From the IMG/VR virus record IMGVR_UViG_3300031951_021456, positions 1-64,000 of that record: a stretch of 64,000 bases of DNA. One strand, written 5' to 3'. The number at the start of each line of letters is the position of its first letter. Position 1 is the first letter of the stretch. A program made the position numbers and the translations under genes. This document shows, one piece after another, positions 37,268 through 47,514 of the stretch. Under the pieces are notes generated by a model. It was not told the DNA's origin, ran no database searches, and worked only from the letters and a program-made list of their open reading frames with translations.

Positions 37268-37297
37268 ATAAATAGAATACATGGAAGTCTTATTTAT
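37268..37297. promoter_or_regulatory. Face-to-face late promoters for divergent structural operons
   Basis: ATAAATA at 37268 (+) and 37291-37297 (-). Confidence 0.6.
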
Positions 37298-37299
37298 TT

Positions 37300-37968
37300 A
37301 TGTCTTTACAAGCTAATATTAGCCCAAAACCTATATCAGCTTTAAAGAATACGATTCTTAGTCCTTCTTTAACGTCTCATTTTGCTGTAAAAATTGTACC
37401 ACCAGCTAATGATAGTTTCACTAAATTTATAACCGCTGAAGGTAGGTTTAAAAATTTTAATTTATCCAAACTAGATGAATTAACCCTACTTTGTAGCGAC
37501 GCCGCTCTCCCAGGGAGTAGTTTGTTTACACATGAAGTGACCAATGATTATCCTGGTGTTACAGAAAAAATGGTCTATCGTAGACAATATGATGACTATT
37601 CATCCTTCAATTTTTATGTTGATTTAAACTACGAAATAGTTGAATTTTTTGAAAGTTGGATAAATTATATTGTTAATGAAAATGATAGAACCAAATATGA
37701 GAATTACAGTGCATCATATAGAATGAAATTTAGGGAAGATTATGCAGGTTCAATGGCAATCACAAAATTTGAAAGAAGTATGGGAGCAGTAATTAATACT
37801 CAAAATACTACACCATCACTTTCTGGACCAAGAGTGAACTATCAATTTATTCAAGCATTTCCAATTTCAATAGATCCAATGCCAGTCTCATATGAAAACA
37901 CAACAGTTCTCAAATGCAATGTGAATTTTACTTACTTAAGATATATCCGAGAAAGACTCACTAAATAA
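37300..37968 (+). CDS. Tail tube / tail-tube initiator (gp19/gp54-like)
   Basis: LLCS.A.LPG, FYVD..Y....FFESW..YI, AFP.SI. Confidence 0.8.
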   Translation: MSLQANISPKPISALKNTILSPSLTSHFAVKIVPPANDSFTKFITAEGRFKNFNLSKLDELTLLCSDAALPGSSLFTHEVTNDYPGVTEKMVYRRQYDDYSSFNFYVDLNYEIVEFFESWINYIVNENDRTKYENYSASYRMKFREDYAGSMAITKFERSMGAVINTQNTTPSLSGPRVNYQFIQAFPISIDPMPVSYENTTVLKCNVNFTYLRYIRERLTK

Positions 37969-37990
37969 CACAAATAACAACATTCAAAAT

Positions 37991-38713
37991 ATGCCATTAC
38001 CCACAATTGTAACTCCGATTTATGAACTCACTCTTCCTTCAACTGGGCAAGAAATTAAATATCGCCCATTTGTTGTAAAGGAAGAAAAAATTCTTCTGTT
38101 AGCATTGGAGTCTGAAGATCTTAAAGAGATCACAAATGCAATGAAAATTATTATTTCAAATTGCATTAAAACTAAGAATATTAAAGTAGAATCACTTCCT
38201 TCATTTGATATTGAATATATCTTCCTAAACATTCGCAAAAAGTCTGTTGGCGAAGAACTTGAATTGAATATTCTTTGTCCGGATGATGGAACCACTGAAA
38301 TTAAAGTAAAAATTGATATTGATGATATTGAAGTCAAAAAGAATCCGAATCATACCAATAAAATTGAAATTAGTAAAGATCTCATTCTAGAGTTAAAATA
38401 TCCGTCTTTGGATCAATTTATTCGCAATAATTTTAATCCAGAGAATATTACAGTTGATCAATCATTTGATCTTATCATTGATTCTATTGATAAGTTATAT
38501 GATAAAGAAAATGTGTATGCTCAAACTGATTATACAAAAGAAGAGTGGCTACAATTTTTAGATCAAGTTAATTCGGCACAGTTTATAAAAATTCAAGAAT
38601 TTTTTGAGACCATGCCAAAACTTTCACATACAATTGAAGTTGTAAATCCTAAGACTAAAGTAGAAAGTGAAGTTACTCTTGAAGGGTTAGGAGCTTTTTT
38701 TACGTCTCAATGA
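37991..38713 (+). CDS. gp26: Baseplate hub protein gp26
   Basis: MPLP....P.YEL.LPS....KYRPF.VKEEK.LL, FFETMPKL, LEGL..FF. Confidence 0.9.
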   Translation: MPLPTIVTPIYELTLPSTGQEIKYRPFVVKEEKILLLALESEDLKEITNAMKIIISNCIKTKNIKVESLPSFDIEYIFLNIRKKSVGEELELNILCPDDGTTEIKVKIDIDDIEVKKNPNHTNKIEISKDLILELKYPSLDQFIRNNFNPENITVDQSFDLIIDSIDKLYDKENVYAQTDYTKEEWLQFLDQVNSAQFIKIQEFFETMPKLSHTIEVVNPKTKVESEVTLEGLGAFFTSQ

Positions 38714-38880
38714 TGTATATGAGTCTTAAGACATATTATGAATTGAATTTTGCCATGTGTCAATTTCATAAATGGAGTCTTGAGTCTTTGGAAAATATGT
38801 TACCATATGAGAGGGAAGCATATACACTACTATTACAAAATCATCTTGAACAAGAAGAACAAGAAAAACAGAAGAAGTAA
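38710..38880 (+). CDS. gp51: Baseplate hub assembly protein gp51, not in ORF track
   Basis: YY..NFAMCQFHKWSL..LENMLPYERE.Y..LL..HLE. Confidence 0.8.
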   Translation: MMYMSLKTYYELNFAMCQFHKWSLESLENMLPYEREAYTLLLQNHLEQEEQEKQKK

Positions 38881-38883
38881 ATC

Positions 38884-40719
38884 ATGGCACGCTCCAATCC
38901 AAGAAAAAAGAATCTTCCTGATCTTGATACCGTCTTAAAAGAGTTGAGAGAGGAAAATAAACAAAAGCAACCTCAGGTAGAAAATACCCCCCAACAAACT
39001 CAACAAAAAAGTCCAGGAAAATATTCATCTCCTCTAGTAAGACCATCAAGCAGTAAAAATTGTTGCAATTGCTGCAAAGATATGCTAGCAGTATTGAGCA
39101 CTATCAATGACTCTGCAACAAAAATTTTATCTGCCCTTAAGGCCGAACATCTTCTAGATAAAAAGACTGCAGAAAAATTTAAAAAAGATCAGGAAGAGAA
39201 TGAGCGTAGAGAAAAAGAGAATCTCTTAGAATCTTCAGGAAGAAAATTATCAACTTCATTAAAAAGGGCTGTTGCACCTTTAACAAATGTATTAGACTCA
39301 ATTTTCAAATTTCTTTTATTTACATTAGCTGGACGAGTTGTAGGTAAAATTCTCAAGTGGTTTGCAGATCCTTCAAATGAAAGAAAAGTAAAGTCATTAA
39401 CTAGATTTCTTAGAGATTGGTGGCCAGCAATACTTGGCGCCTTTGTTTTATTTGGAACTAGATTTGGAGCTGCAATTAGATCAACAGTAAGAATGGCAAT
39501 TTCAACCATTCTTTATCTTAAGAAGATTGGTATTCCAGGTATCATTGCTGGTTTAAAGAAATTTGGTAAATTTGGTCTAATTGCTGGTGGAGTTACTGGA
39601 GCAGCTTTTATTGCTAATAAACTTTTAAATCCTGATAAAAAAGAAGATAAACAATCAGATAATCCAAATACAAATAAAGAACCAGAGAGATCTACAACAA
39701 CTCCACCATTAAAAATGGCTGGAGGAGGATTAGTTCCTAGATTGAGCATAATGTTCCCGGAGGAAAGACATGTAGATGAGATAAGTTATGCTGAGGGTGG
39801 TCCAATTGATAATGCAAGTGGCATTTCAATTACTGGAGCTGGCCCAGATACTCAGTTAATAGCAGCTCAACCTGGAGAAATAGTTATTTCAAAGGCTGCA
39901 GTAGATAAATTTGGGGCAGATACATTTTTAAGAATGAATCTCGCTGCCGGTGCAACAAATAAGCCAAAGTTTGCTGATAATATTCAATTGGCAAAGCAGG
40001 GTGGTATGGTTGGTAAAATGTCACCACCACCTTCTCCTAATAATCAAAATTTTAATATAGCTGCTCCAAATCTTACTTTTCCTGTTAATAATTCATTTTC
40101 TCAGCGCAGAGGAAATTCAAAAGTTTCCTTCAATATTCCACCACCAAATCAAAAGATTAAAAATTCTCAAATTAACTATAATTTAGCAAATTCATCATTT
40201 CCACGGATAAGTTTGGATAATCATAGTCAGAGTAATAAAAACTATGACTCAAGAACTTTGTCTAGTAAATATAATTTAATGTCTCCAAATTTATCACAAG
40301 ATAAATTTACAAATTATAATTCAAACCGATACAAACTTGTATCAAACAATTCAACAGAAGAGCCTAGACAAACTTCTAGAAATTCTCCCATGCAAATGGC
40401 TAAAATGGGTGGAAGAGTATTGGCTAGAAATAAACCTCAGCAATATTCAGCATCTTATGGACTAAAAACCGAAGAACCACCGATAACTTTCAATATAAAG
40501 ACTCATTTAGCATCAAAACCTGAAACAATAACTGCGCCTAGACCTAGAATTGCAAGAACTATAAACATTTCAGAACTTCCAGCTATTGATCTAAGAGCGA
40601 ATAAAATAGTTAATAATCCTCAGGCTCAGTCAGAAGTTCCAGATTTTTCTGCAATTCCAAGATTATCTGATCGTTATGGTGATAATGGAACTCTTGAAAT
40701 ATATGGAATTGAATTATAA
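38884..40719 (+). CDS. Baseplate hub / tape-measure-like virion protein
   Basis: Coiled coil, hydrophobic helices, GAGPDTQL...PGE.V motif; position after gp26/gp51. Confidence 0.6.
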   Translation: MARSNPRKKNLPDLDTVLKELREENKQKQPQVENTPQQTQQKSPGKYSSPLVRPSSSKNCCNCCKDMLAVLSTINDSATKILSALKAEHLLDKKTAEKFKKDQEENERREKENLLESSGRKLSTSLKRAVAPLTNVLDSIFKFLLFTLAGRVVGKILKWFADPSNERKVKSLTRFLRDWWPAILGAFVLFGTRFGAAIRSTVRMAISTILYLKKIGIPGIIAGLKKFGKFGLIAGGVTGAAFIANKLLNPDKKEDKQSDNPNTNKEPERSTTTPPLKMAGGGLVPRLSIMFPEERHVDEISYAEGGPIDNASGISITGAGPDTQLIAAQPGEIVISKAAVDKFGADTFLRMNLAAGATNKPKFADNIQLAKQGGMVGKMSPPPSPNNQNFNIAAPNLTFPVNNSFSQRRGNSKVSFNIPPPNQKIKNSQINYNLANSSFPRISLDNHSQSNKNYDSRTLSSKYNLMSPNLSQDKFTNYNSNRYKLVSNNSTEEPRQTSRNSPMQMAKMGGRVLARNKPQQYSASYGLKTEEPPITFNIKTHLASKPETITAPRPRIARTINISELPAIDLRANKIVNNPQAQSEVPDFSAIPRLSDRYGDNGTLEIYGIEL

Positions 40720-43451
40720 TGAATAGTTTTACTAGATCTTCTTTCATTCCAAAGAATAATGCCATTTATCCAAAATGTATAAAAGATCCTTTAGTTCTTG
40801 GGCTAAAATCTATTAACAATAATATGCGAAGAATGGACGCATATGTTGTATTAGGTTTAAAGGGAAAAAGAAAACTCAAAGAAGAGGAAGAGCGGCGAAA
40901 TAAACAATCAAATCGTCGCAAAAAGGAAAGTTCGTTAGAGAGGCAGAGAAAGGCAAATCCAATACTTTTTTTAAAAGATTCTCTCCCTAGAACAGGTTTT
41001 TTGGATGCAATAAGAAATTTTATTCTTTATACCGTAATGGGAAAAATGGTCCCATTCGTATTAAAAAATTTACCAGCCATTCTTAATGCATCTAAACTTC
41101 TCATACCAGTTTATAATTTTTTTGAAAACTTTTTGGGAAATGTTTTGAAGGGGGTCGTGAATGCTATAGATTTTGGCTATAGCATTCACGACAAAATGCG
41201 AAAACTTTTAAAGGATGTTACAGGAAGTAAATTTGAAAAAACATTTGACGATTTAGAAAAAAATCTCAATAATTTTTTAAATCTTGCTATCATTGCTGGA
41301 TTAGCGATTGGTGGAGCTGGAATTGGTAATATTGCTAAAGGGAGAAAAACTGGACTTAATTCTCTTACCGTACAACAACTTAAAAAATTAGCAAAAGAAA
41401 AGGGGCTAAAGGGTTATAGTAAATTCAGAAAAGCGGAACTCGTTGATTTATTAGAAAATAAACCGAAACCCGTAGCACCAGTAGCGAAACGAACTAAAGT
41501 TGGTGCTATTCCTGGTGCAAAATTTTTCGGTAAATTTGGCAGAGTATTTGGAAGAATTCCAATCATTGGTGGTCTTATAGATTTTGCTGTTTCACTTATG
41601 TTCGGTGAAAAAATTGGAAGAGCTGCAGCTAGAGCAGTTGGCTCAATGTTGGGTGCAGCTCTTGGGACATTTATTCCAGTTCCTGGTGTTGGAACCATTA
41701 TTGGTGGAATTTTGGGAGACATTGTTGGAGGAGCGCTCTATGACACACTTGAATCTTTCAATAAACCAAAAAGAATGGCTTCTGGTGGTCAAGTTGGAAG
41801 AAAAACTACTAATGTTTCAAGAAAAATAAGAGCAAAAAGAGTACAAAAACCCTCCAAACAAATTGCACAGAGAACCTCTCCAGGAAAACATGTTGGTGGT
41901 AAAGAAGAAATATCTAAACTTTTCCCAGATAGTGACGATTCAAATACGATGAGTTCTTTGAGAGTCTTATCTAAAAACTCATCAATTATGAAGAGCGGTG
42001 GAGTTTTAGGTAAGTTTCTTAGTTCTGGAGTTGAATTGATGGCTCTAGGTCAGAAAATAGAAAGACAAACTTTAATCGGCCTTGAAAAATATCTAGCCTA
42101 TGTGATTGACGCTTCCATTGCAGAAAAATCTAATGTAAATTCAAAAGCTCTTGCTGGAACAATGCTCGCAATGGCTGAAGGTGGAATTGTTCCAGAAAAT
42201 AGAACTCTTATTAGTTCTAGAGACACAACTGGAACTGTAGTTGCTAAAGATATTGTAAAATCATTTAATTCTATGATGAGTAATAAAAGTGCGGCGATTT
42301 TACAAAATATTAAAAGTGAAATTTCCTTATTTAAGCCTGGTGTAACTCCTGGGGCAATTGAGCCCACTTTTAGTGGAGAAATCGGTGGGTATGGATCATC
42401 TGAAGAACAGGCTCTTTTAAAGGCCATACGTTTTGCAGAGGGAACAACCTCAAGTTACGGTGTCATATTTGGTGGAGCTATTATCCCAGAATTAGCAGAG
42501 GGTAAAATGACAGTGAAAGATGTCATTGATATGGGAAATAGCGGAAAACTTCCATCTAAATTTGGTGGAAGAAATGCCGGTTATGGTTCGGGTTCTGCCG
42601 CAACTGGCGCATATCAGTTTATGCCTTATACTCTGGAAAGTCTTATTAAAGATGGAACATTAAATCTTGGTGATCTTTTTACACCAGAACTGCAAGATAA
42701 AGCTGCATTAGCATTGGCAAAACGAAGAGGAGTTACCTCAGAAATGTTAAGAAAAGAAGGCCTTAGTGCAAATATTTCAGCAAAACTTGCACCAGAATGG
42801 GCATCTTTTCCTACTTTATCTGGTGGTAGTTATTATGGTCAACCATTTAAAGAATTAAGTTCTTTACAGAAAATATATAAAGACACTTTATCTAAATCGT
42901 CAATTTCTACTTCTGGTTCAAACCCAATTTCGGTTGGATTAGATTTACTCAAACAGGGTTTTACAGTTGCTGAAAATAGATTTTTCACAAAATTTCAGGG
43001 TTTTAATCCTGCTGGAACGTCAATTGTAGGTAGACATTCAAATAGTGCAGATCATGCCGAACATTCCCTAGATGTAACTGATTGGCGTGGATCTGAAAGT
43101 GAAGGTATTGAAAGACTTAAAAAATTATTTAAAAAGTTATACCATAATAAAGAAAAAATGGGAATAGTAGAATTAATTTTTGATCCAATTGGCCATTGGT
43201 TTGATGGTATGCGTTCGTATTCTGCAGATCCTATAGGGGGTCATCATAATCATTTGCATATTAGATTTAAAACTCCAGCGAGCAAATCAATTTTCTCCCA
43301 GCAATTAAAATCATCAGTATCATATAATAAGAACATTAATTTAGCTTCAAATCAACCCACATCATTGGTTACAAATTATATAAGTAATAAGAATACATAT
43401 ACTGATAACTCACAACAAACACAAATTTTAATTCAACCTATTCTTACATAA
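40719..43451 (+). CDS. Tape-measure-like virion protein with Rho-N-like, lysozyme-like and Zn-peptidase-like domains
   Basis: Gly-rich hydrophobic helices; ALLKAIRFAEGT...ATGAYQF...EWASFP; H...LDV...HHNHLHI. Confidence 0.65.
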   Translation: MNSFTRSSFIPKNNAIYPKCIKDPLVLGLKSINNNMRRMDAYVVLGLKGKRKLKEEEERRNKQSNRRKKESSLERQRKANPILFLKDSLPRTGFLDAIRNFILYTVMGKMVPFVLKNLPAILNASKLLIPVYNFFENFLGNVLKGVVNAIDFGYSIHDKMRKLLKDVTGSKFEKTFDDLEKNLNNFLNLAIIAGLAIGGAGIGNIAKGRKTGLNSLTVQQLKKLAKEKGLKGYSKFRKAELVDLLENKPKPVAPVAKRTKVGAIPGAKFFGKFGRVFGRIPIIGGLIDFAVSLMFGEKIGRAAARAVGSMLGAALGTFIPVPGVGTIIGGILGDIVGGALYDTLESFNKPKRMASGGQVGRKTTNVSRKIRAKRVQKPSKQIAQRTSPGKHVGGKEEISKLFPDSDDSNTMSSLRVLSKNSSIMKSGGVLGKFLSSGVELMALGQKIERQTLIGLEKYLAYVIDASIAEKSNVNSKALAGTMLAMAEGGIVPENRTLISSRDTTGTVVAKDIVKSFNSMMSNKSAAILQNIKSEISLFKPGVTPGAIEPTFSGEIGGYGSSEEQALLKAIRFAEGTTSSYGVIFGGAIIPELAEGKMTVKDVIDMGNSGKLPSKFGGRNAGYGSGSAATGAYQFMPYTLESLIKDGTLNLGDLFTPELQDKAALALAKRRGVTSEMLRKEGLSANISAKLAPEWASFPTLSGGSYYGQPFKELSSLQKIYKDTLSKSSISTSGSNPISVGLDLLKQGFTVAENRFFTKFQGFNPAGTSIVGRHSNSADHAEHSLDVTDWRGSESEGIERLKKLFKKLYHNKEKMGIVELIFDPIGHWFDGMRSYSADPIGGHHNHLHIRFKTPASKSIFSQQLKSSVSYNKNINLASNQPTSLVTNYISNKNTYTDNSQQTQILIQPILT

Positions 43452-44755
43452 TGAAAGATTTAAGGCCAGAAATACAAGTAAAACGACTTGAAATTCTATC
43501 AAATAATGGCAAATCAGTTGAAATTTCTAGTGGACTTGCTCAACTTTACTATTATGAAAGTATTCTTGAAAATTCGGTAAAAGCAGATATAACTTATGCA
43601 GATACTGGTAGCCGCAATTATCCTGGAGAGACTTTTTCTTCATCTGAAGCGAATGATGCAGATCTTCAATATGCAGAAAAAGTCTTTATGGATATTGAAG
43701 ATGAAGAGACGGGTAGAGTTCAATTTATAACACCAGAAACCTGCCTACATTTCATTACTAGACCAAAAATTGTAGGAAATACTCGTTCAGAAATAATTTC
43801 AGCTAATCTTGCAAGCAAAGAATATTTAAATAATCAATTTGAGAGCGCGAGAGTTTCTAGAACATATGAAGGAAAAATATCAGAAACTATAAAGAGAATT
43901 TTAAGAAATCATTTACAAACATCTAAGACAATATTCATAGAAGATACTCTTAATAATCTAAAAATAGATGGAAGAATTGATAATAGTTCAATGCCATTTC
44001 AAGTTATTAGAGAACTTTCCAAAAAATCAATACCAATACTTCCATCTAAAACATCTGAAGGATATACGGCTGGTTATTTTTTCTTTGAGACCTCTGATGG
44101 TTATCATTTCAAATCTATTGATAATCTTCTATCTCAAACACCAGTGAAAAAATACATAATGAACAATACGATTGATTTGCCATTTGGATATGATGGAAAA
44201 ATCTTAAAGTATGAATTCAGAGAAGGACCATCAATAATCAATCAAATGAAAGCTGGAACCTATAATTCAACAAGAATTACATTTAATCCAATAACACATG
44301 AATATAAAAGAGAATCTATAAATGCAAATCAACAAAATAAAGGATCAGTAAGATCTGGGAAAAATCTTCCAAATATCCCAGAAGAATTAAACCAATCAAC
44401 AAAAACCACATTTTCAACTCTTGATATTGGTCAAATGCCTTATGGAATTTCTATAGATGATCAAGTTCAAACATCTGAACAAGAAAATTTTAAAGTGAGA
44501 GAAATATTAAATCAAAGTATAATGAGATACAATCAACTCTTTTCATTGCCTCTTACTGTAACTATATTTTGTGATGTTTCTCTTCATGCTGGAGATATGA
44601 TTGAATGTGTATTTCCAGAGGTTTCATCAAAACAGACACAAACTCTCAGTAAGAAAAAATCGGGTAGATATCTTGTTACGGATCTTTGTCATTTTATTTC
44701 ACCAATTGGTCCAAATTATACTAAAATGATTCTTGCAAGAGATAGTTATGGTTAA
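43451..44755 (+). CDS. Baseplate hub (gp27-like)
   Basis: YYESIL, YFFFETSDGYHFKSID.L, L.AGD...SGRYLV..LCH, ARDSYG. Confidence 0.75.
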   Translation: MKDLRPEIQVKRLEILSNNGKSVEISSGLAQLYYYESILENSVKADITYADTGSRNYPGETFSSSEANDADLQYAEKVFMDIEDEETGRVQFITPETCLHFITRPKIVGNTRSEIISANLASKEYLNNQFESARVSRTYEGKISETIKRILRNHLQTSKTIFIEDTLNNLKIDGRIDNSSMPFQVIRELSKKSIPILPSKTSEGYTAGYFFFETSDGYHFKSIDNLLSQTPVKKYIMNNTIDLPFGYDGKILKYEFREGPSIINQMKAGTYNSTRITFNPITHEYKRESINANQQNKGSVRSGKNLPNIPEELNQSTKTTFSTLDIGQMPYGISIDDQVQTSEQENFKVREILNQSIMRYNQLFSLPLTVTIFCDVSLHAGDMIECVFPEVSSKQTQTLSKKKSGRYLVTDLCHFISPIGPNYTKMILARDSYG

Positions 44756-44774
44756 TAAATATCAATAAAAACTG

Positions 44775-46931
44775 ATGAAGATACATATTGGAATTATTGA
44801 ATCAGATTTTGATGAAAAGAATTCAAATCATAGTTTATGGTCCAATGAATCTGAAATCAAAGGATGGGGCAAAAGATATAAGGTAAGAATACCAGGTGTC
44901 CATTCCGAAGATAAGGCAGTTACACCATCTTCTGCATTGCCGATTGCAGAAATTATTTATCCAGTAACTGCAGGAACTGGTCATGATGCCTGCTATCAAA
45001 CAGATAATCTAAAACCTGGATCTACCGTCATTCTATGGGAAGATGACAATAAAAGACTTTTTATTACTGGATGTAAGGGTAATAATGAAAAAACAAATTT
45101 ATTCCGTGGCGAACCTAATCAAGGTTTCATTCCTTATAGTTTAACTCTTAGTGGTCCTTCTTTTAACTTTTCAACTGTTGATAATAAATTTTTTGAGTCA
45201 ACTTCAAATGCAGCCTATCTCAATAATTGGGCTAATTTTTATGAACTATCCGATGGTAAAAGAACTTCCCCACTAACTTCATCTTCAATATGTGAAAGAG
45301 CACCATTAGGTCAAATACAAATTACCATACAAAATTTCATTAAAGATATAAATGAAGCAAAGCTGTGGTTAGCTAAACAGAAGAAATCTTTACAACAACC
45401 AATACAAGTTGGAATTTCAACTGGAGAAAATCTTAATAAAAGTATTGACAATCAACAGTTATTTCAGAATATTCAAAAACCAGTTACTCAAACATATTCA
45501 ATTGATCAATGGCTAACAAGTAAGATACAAAATGTATCAAAAGATATTTCTAAATTCTTGAAAGATGTCTCAAATAGAATTGAAACTGGTGTTACTAATC
45601 TGATAAATGATGCACTAAAGAAAGTATATTACACATTGTTTCCAAAACAACAGCAGGAATTAAAAGTAAAAGTAGAAACTGCAAATGATTTGATAGCTTG
45701 CCTCTTCAGAAAAATTGTTCGCAATTTATTAAAAATGGTTGCAAACTTTCTGAAAAGTGCTGCAGATAATATCACGAATCCTGCAATTTGCATAATTGAA
45801 AATTTTATTGGGGGTTTATTTGGAAAAATTCTTGGGTTGATTACAAGTGCAATTGATGCAATTCTACAACCACTAAATGCAATTTTAGGAATTTTTGATA
45901 TTGCTTCTGATCTTCTTAATATTGTTGAAGATGTTTTAACCACTCTTTCGTGTGATGAACAACCCTCTTGCCCAAAAATTCAAGAATGGAGTCTTTGGGA
46001 AGGAACAGAATCGGTTTTCACTACTACAAATTTTTCAGATATTTTTAATAAGATTAAATCTTTCTCAGCATCTGTGCAGGATTCTATTGATCCAGATAAT
46101 TTTAATTTTGATCTAGATTTTTCAGATATTTTTGCAAATAATTGTAATGTGGGTGCTCTTGCTTGCGGGCCACCTACAGTCAAGTTTATTGGAGGAGGTG
46201 GTTCTAATGCATCTGGAAATGCAATCATTAACTCTTTAGGTCAAATTATTGGGATTGACATTACTTCTTCTGGTAGAAACTATTCGTCACCTCCTGTAAT
46301 AAAATTCGCAGACAATTGTGGAAATGGTTCAGGTGCGATAGGGCGAGCAGTAATTGGACCAGTATTTGTTAGTATCCCAAGTAGTTCTATAATTGGGTTA
46401 AATACAAATACTTCTGGTATATCAACAAACACAACTAATACTGGAATTGGAACTACTGTTATAGAAACAACTGGAGTAATTAATGTAATTATAGAAGACA
46501 CTGGAAATGGTTATCTTCCAGTATCTGATGGAAGTCTTGGGGCAACTGGCTTGACACTATCAGATAAATTAATTAATCCAACTATAAAATATCCAATAAG
46601 TTCAAATGGCTCATATTCAGTAATCATGAAGTTATGTGAAATTATTATTGATGATGGTGGATTCGGTTATAATCAATCGGATACAATTTTAATAAATCCA
46701 TCAAATGGAGCAGTAGCTAGACCATATTTTACAACAGGTGGCTCTCTCTATAAAATTGAGATTCTAAGTAAAGGTGAAGGATTTATTGAACCTCCAAATA
46801 TTACAGTTGTTTCAAAAACAGGATTTAATGCAGTTTTGATACCTAGATTATGCGTAGAACAAATAGGCGAACAAATAAATTCAACTGCACTAGATAAGAT
46901 AATTGATGTCGTAGATTGCCCCGGAAAATAA
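44775..46931 (+). CDS. gp5-like baseplate central spike protein
   Basis: N-terminal OB-fold pattern G.RYKVRI.G.H....LP.A; G..Y...P repeats. Confidence 0.7.
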   Translation: MKIHIGIIESDFDEKNSNHSLWSNESEIKGWGKRYKVRIPGVHSEDKAVTPSSALPIAEIIYPVTAGTGHDACYQTDNLKPGSTVILWEDDNKRLFITGCKGNNEKTNLFRGEPNQGFIPYSLTLSGPSFNFSTVDNKFFESTSNAAYLNNWANFYELSDGKRTSPLTSSSICERAPLGQIQITIQNFIKDINEAKLWLAKQKKSLQQPIQVGISTGENLNKSIDNQQLFQNIQKPVTQTYSIDQWLTSKIQNVSKDISKFLKDVSNRIETGVTNLINDALKKVYYTLFPKQQQELKVKVETANDLIACLFRKIVRNLLKMVANFLKSAADNITNPAICIIENFIGGLFGKILGLITSAIDAILQPLNAILGIFDIASDLLNIVEDVLTTLSCDEQPSCPKIQEWSLWEGTESVFTTTNFSDIFNKIKSFSASVQDSIDPDNFNFDLDFSDIFANNCNVGALACGPPTVKFIGGGGSNASGNAIINSLGQIIGIDITSSGRNYSSPPVIKFADNCGNGSGAIGRAVIGPVFVSIPSSSIIGLNTNTSGISTNTTNTGIGTTVIETTGVINVIIEDTGNGYLPVSDGSLGATGLTLSDKLINPTIKYPISSNGSYSVIMKLCEIIIDDGGFGYNQSDTILINPSNGAVARPYFTTGGSLYKIEILSKGEGFIEPPNITVVSKTGFNAVLIPRLCVEQIGEQINSTALDKIIDVVDCPGK

Positions 46932-46932
46932 A

Positions 46933-47514
46933 ATGAGCACTAAAAAATTATCAACAATTCGTTATGGAAATAAAGATGCTGAATTAAAATTTGGCCATCT
47001 TCATTCCGATGGAAAAATTTCAGCATTTATTGTAAGAAGTGGAACTGATCCTAATCATTATATTTCCATGGATTCTGAAGGAGCCCCACATAGAAAACAT
47101 GGAACAATTTGCAGATCAACAGGTGCTTTTCAAATAAAAGCAGGAGATAATGTAAAATCCACTGGTATTGAAGAAAATATTGGGGTTTATATTGAAGCTG
47201 TTGATGGTGATATTGTTCTTAATGCCAGAAATGGAAGAGTTAGAATTATTGGAGAAAATATTGATCTCATTGCGAGAGGCGCAGATGGACAAAATGGTAA
47301 CATAAGTATTGATGCAAATGAGAAGGTAATTATAAATGCCTCAAGCGTTTCTATTAATTCAAAAGTCTCAACGCGAATTGTATCAGAAAAAAGAGTTGAA
47401 ATGATTGGTAAAGCTATACTTAACTGTTATGGTGGTTTAATTGATTTTGCAGATGGATCAACAAAAATTAATGGCTCTAAAGGTGGTTCAACATTTGAGG
47501 ATTTTTTTAAATGA
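46933..47514 (+). CDS. Baseplate spike-associated protein (beta-helix-like)
   Basis: GDIVL.A.NGR.RI...NI.L.A; synteny. Confidence 0.6.
   Translation: MSTKKLSTIRYGNKDAELKFGHLHSDGKISAFIVRSGTDPNHYISMDSEGAPHRKHGTICRSTGAFQIKAGDNVKSTGIEENIGVYIEAVDGDIVLNARNGRVRIIGENIDLIARGADGQNGNISIDANEKVIINASSVSINSKVSTRIVSEKRVEMIGKAILNCYGGLIDFADGSTKINGSKGGSTFEDFFK

Noticed and set aside
38750-38938. 62-aa ORF in the track
   Set aside because: Wrong frame; the recognisable gp51 is 38710..38880
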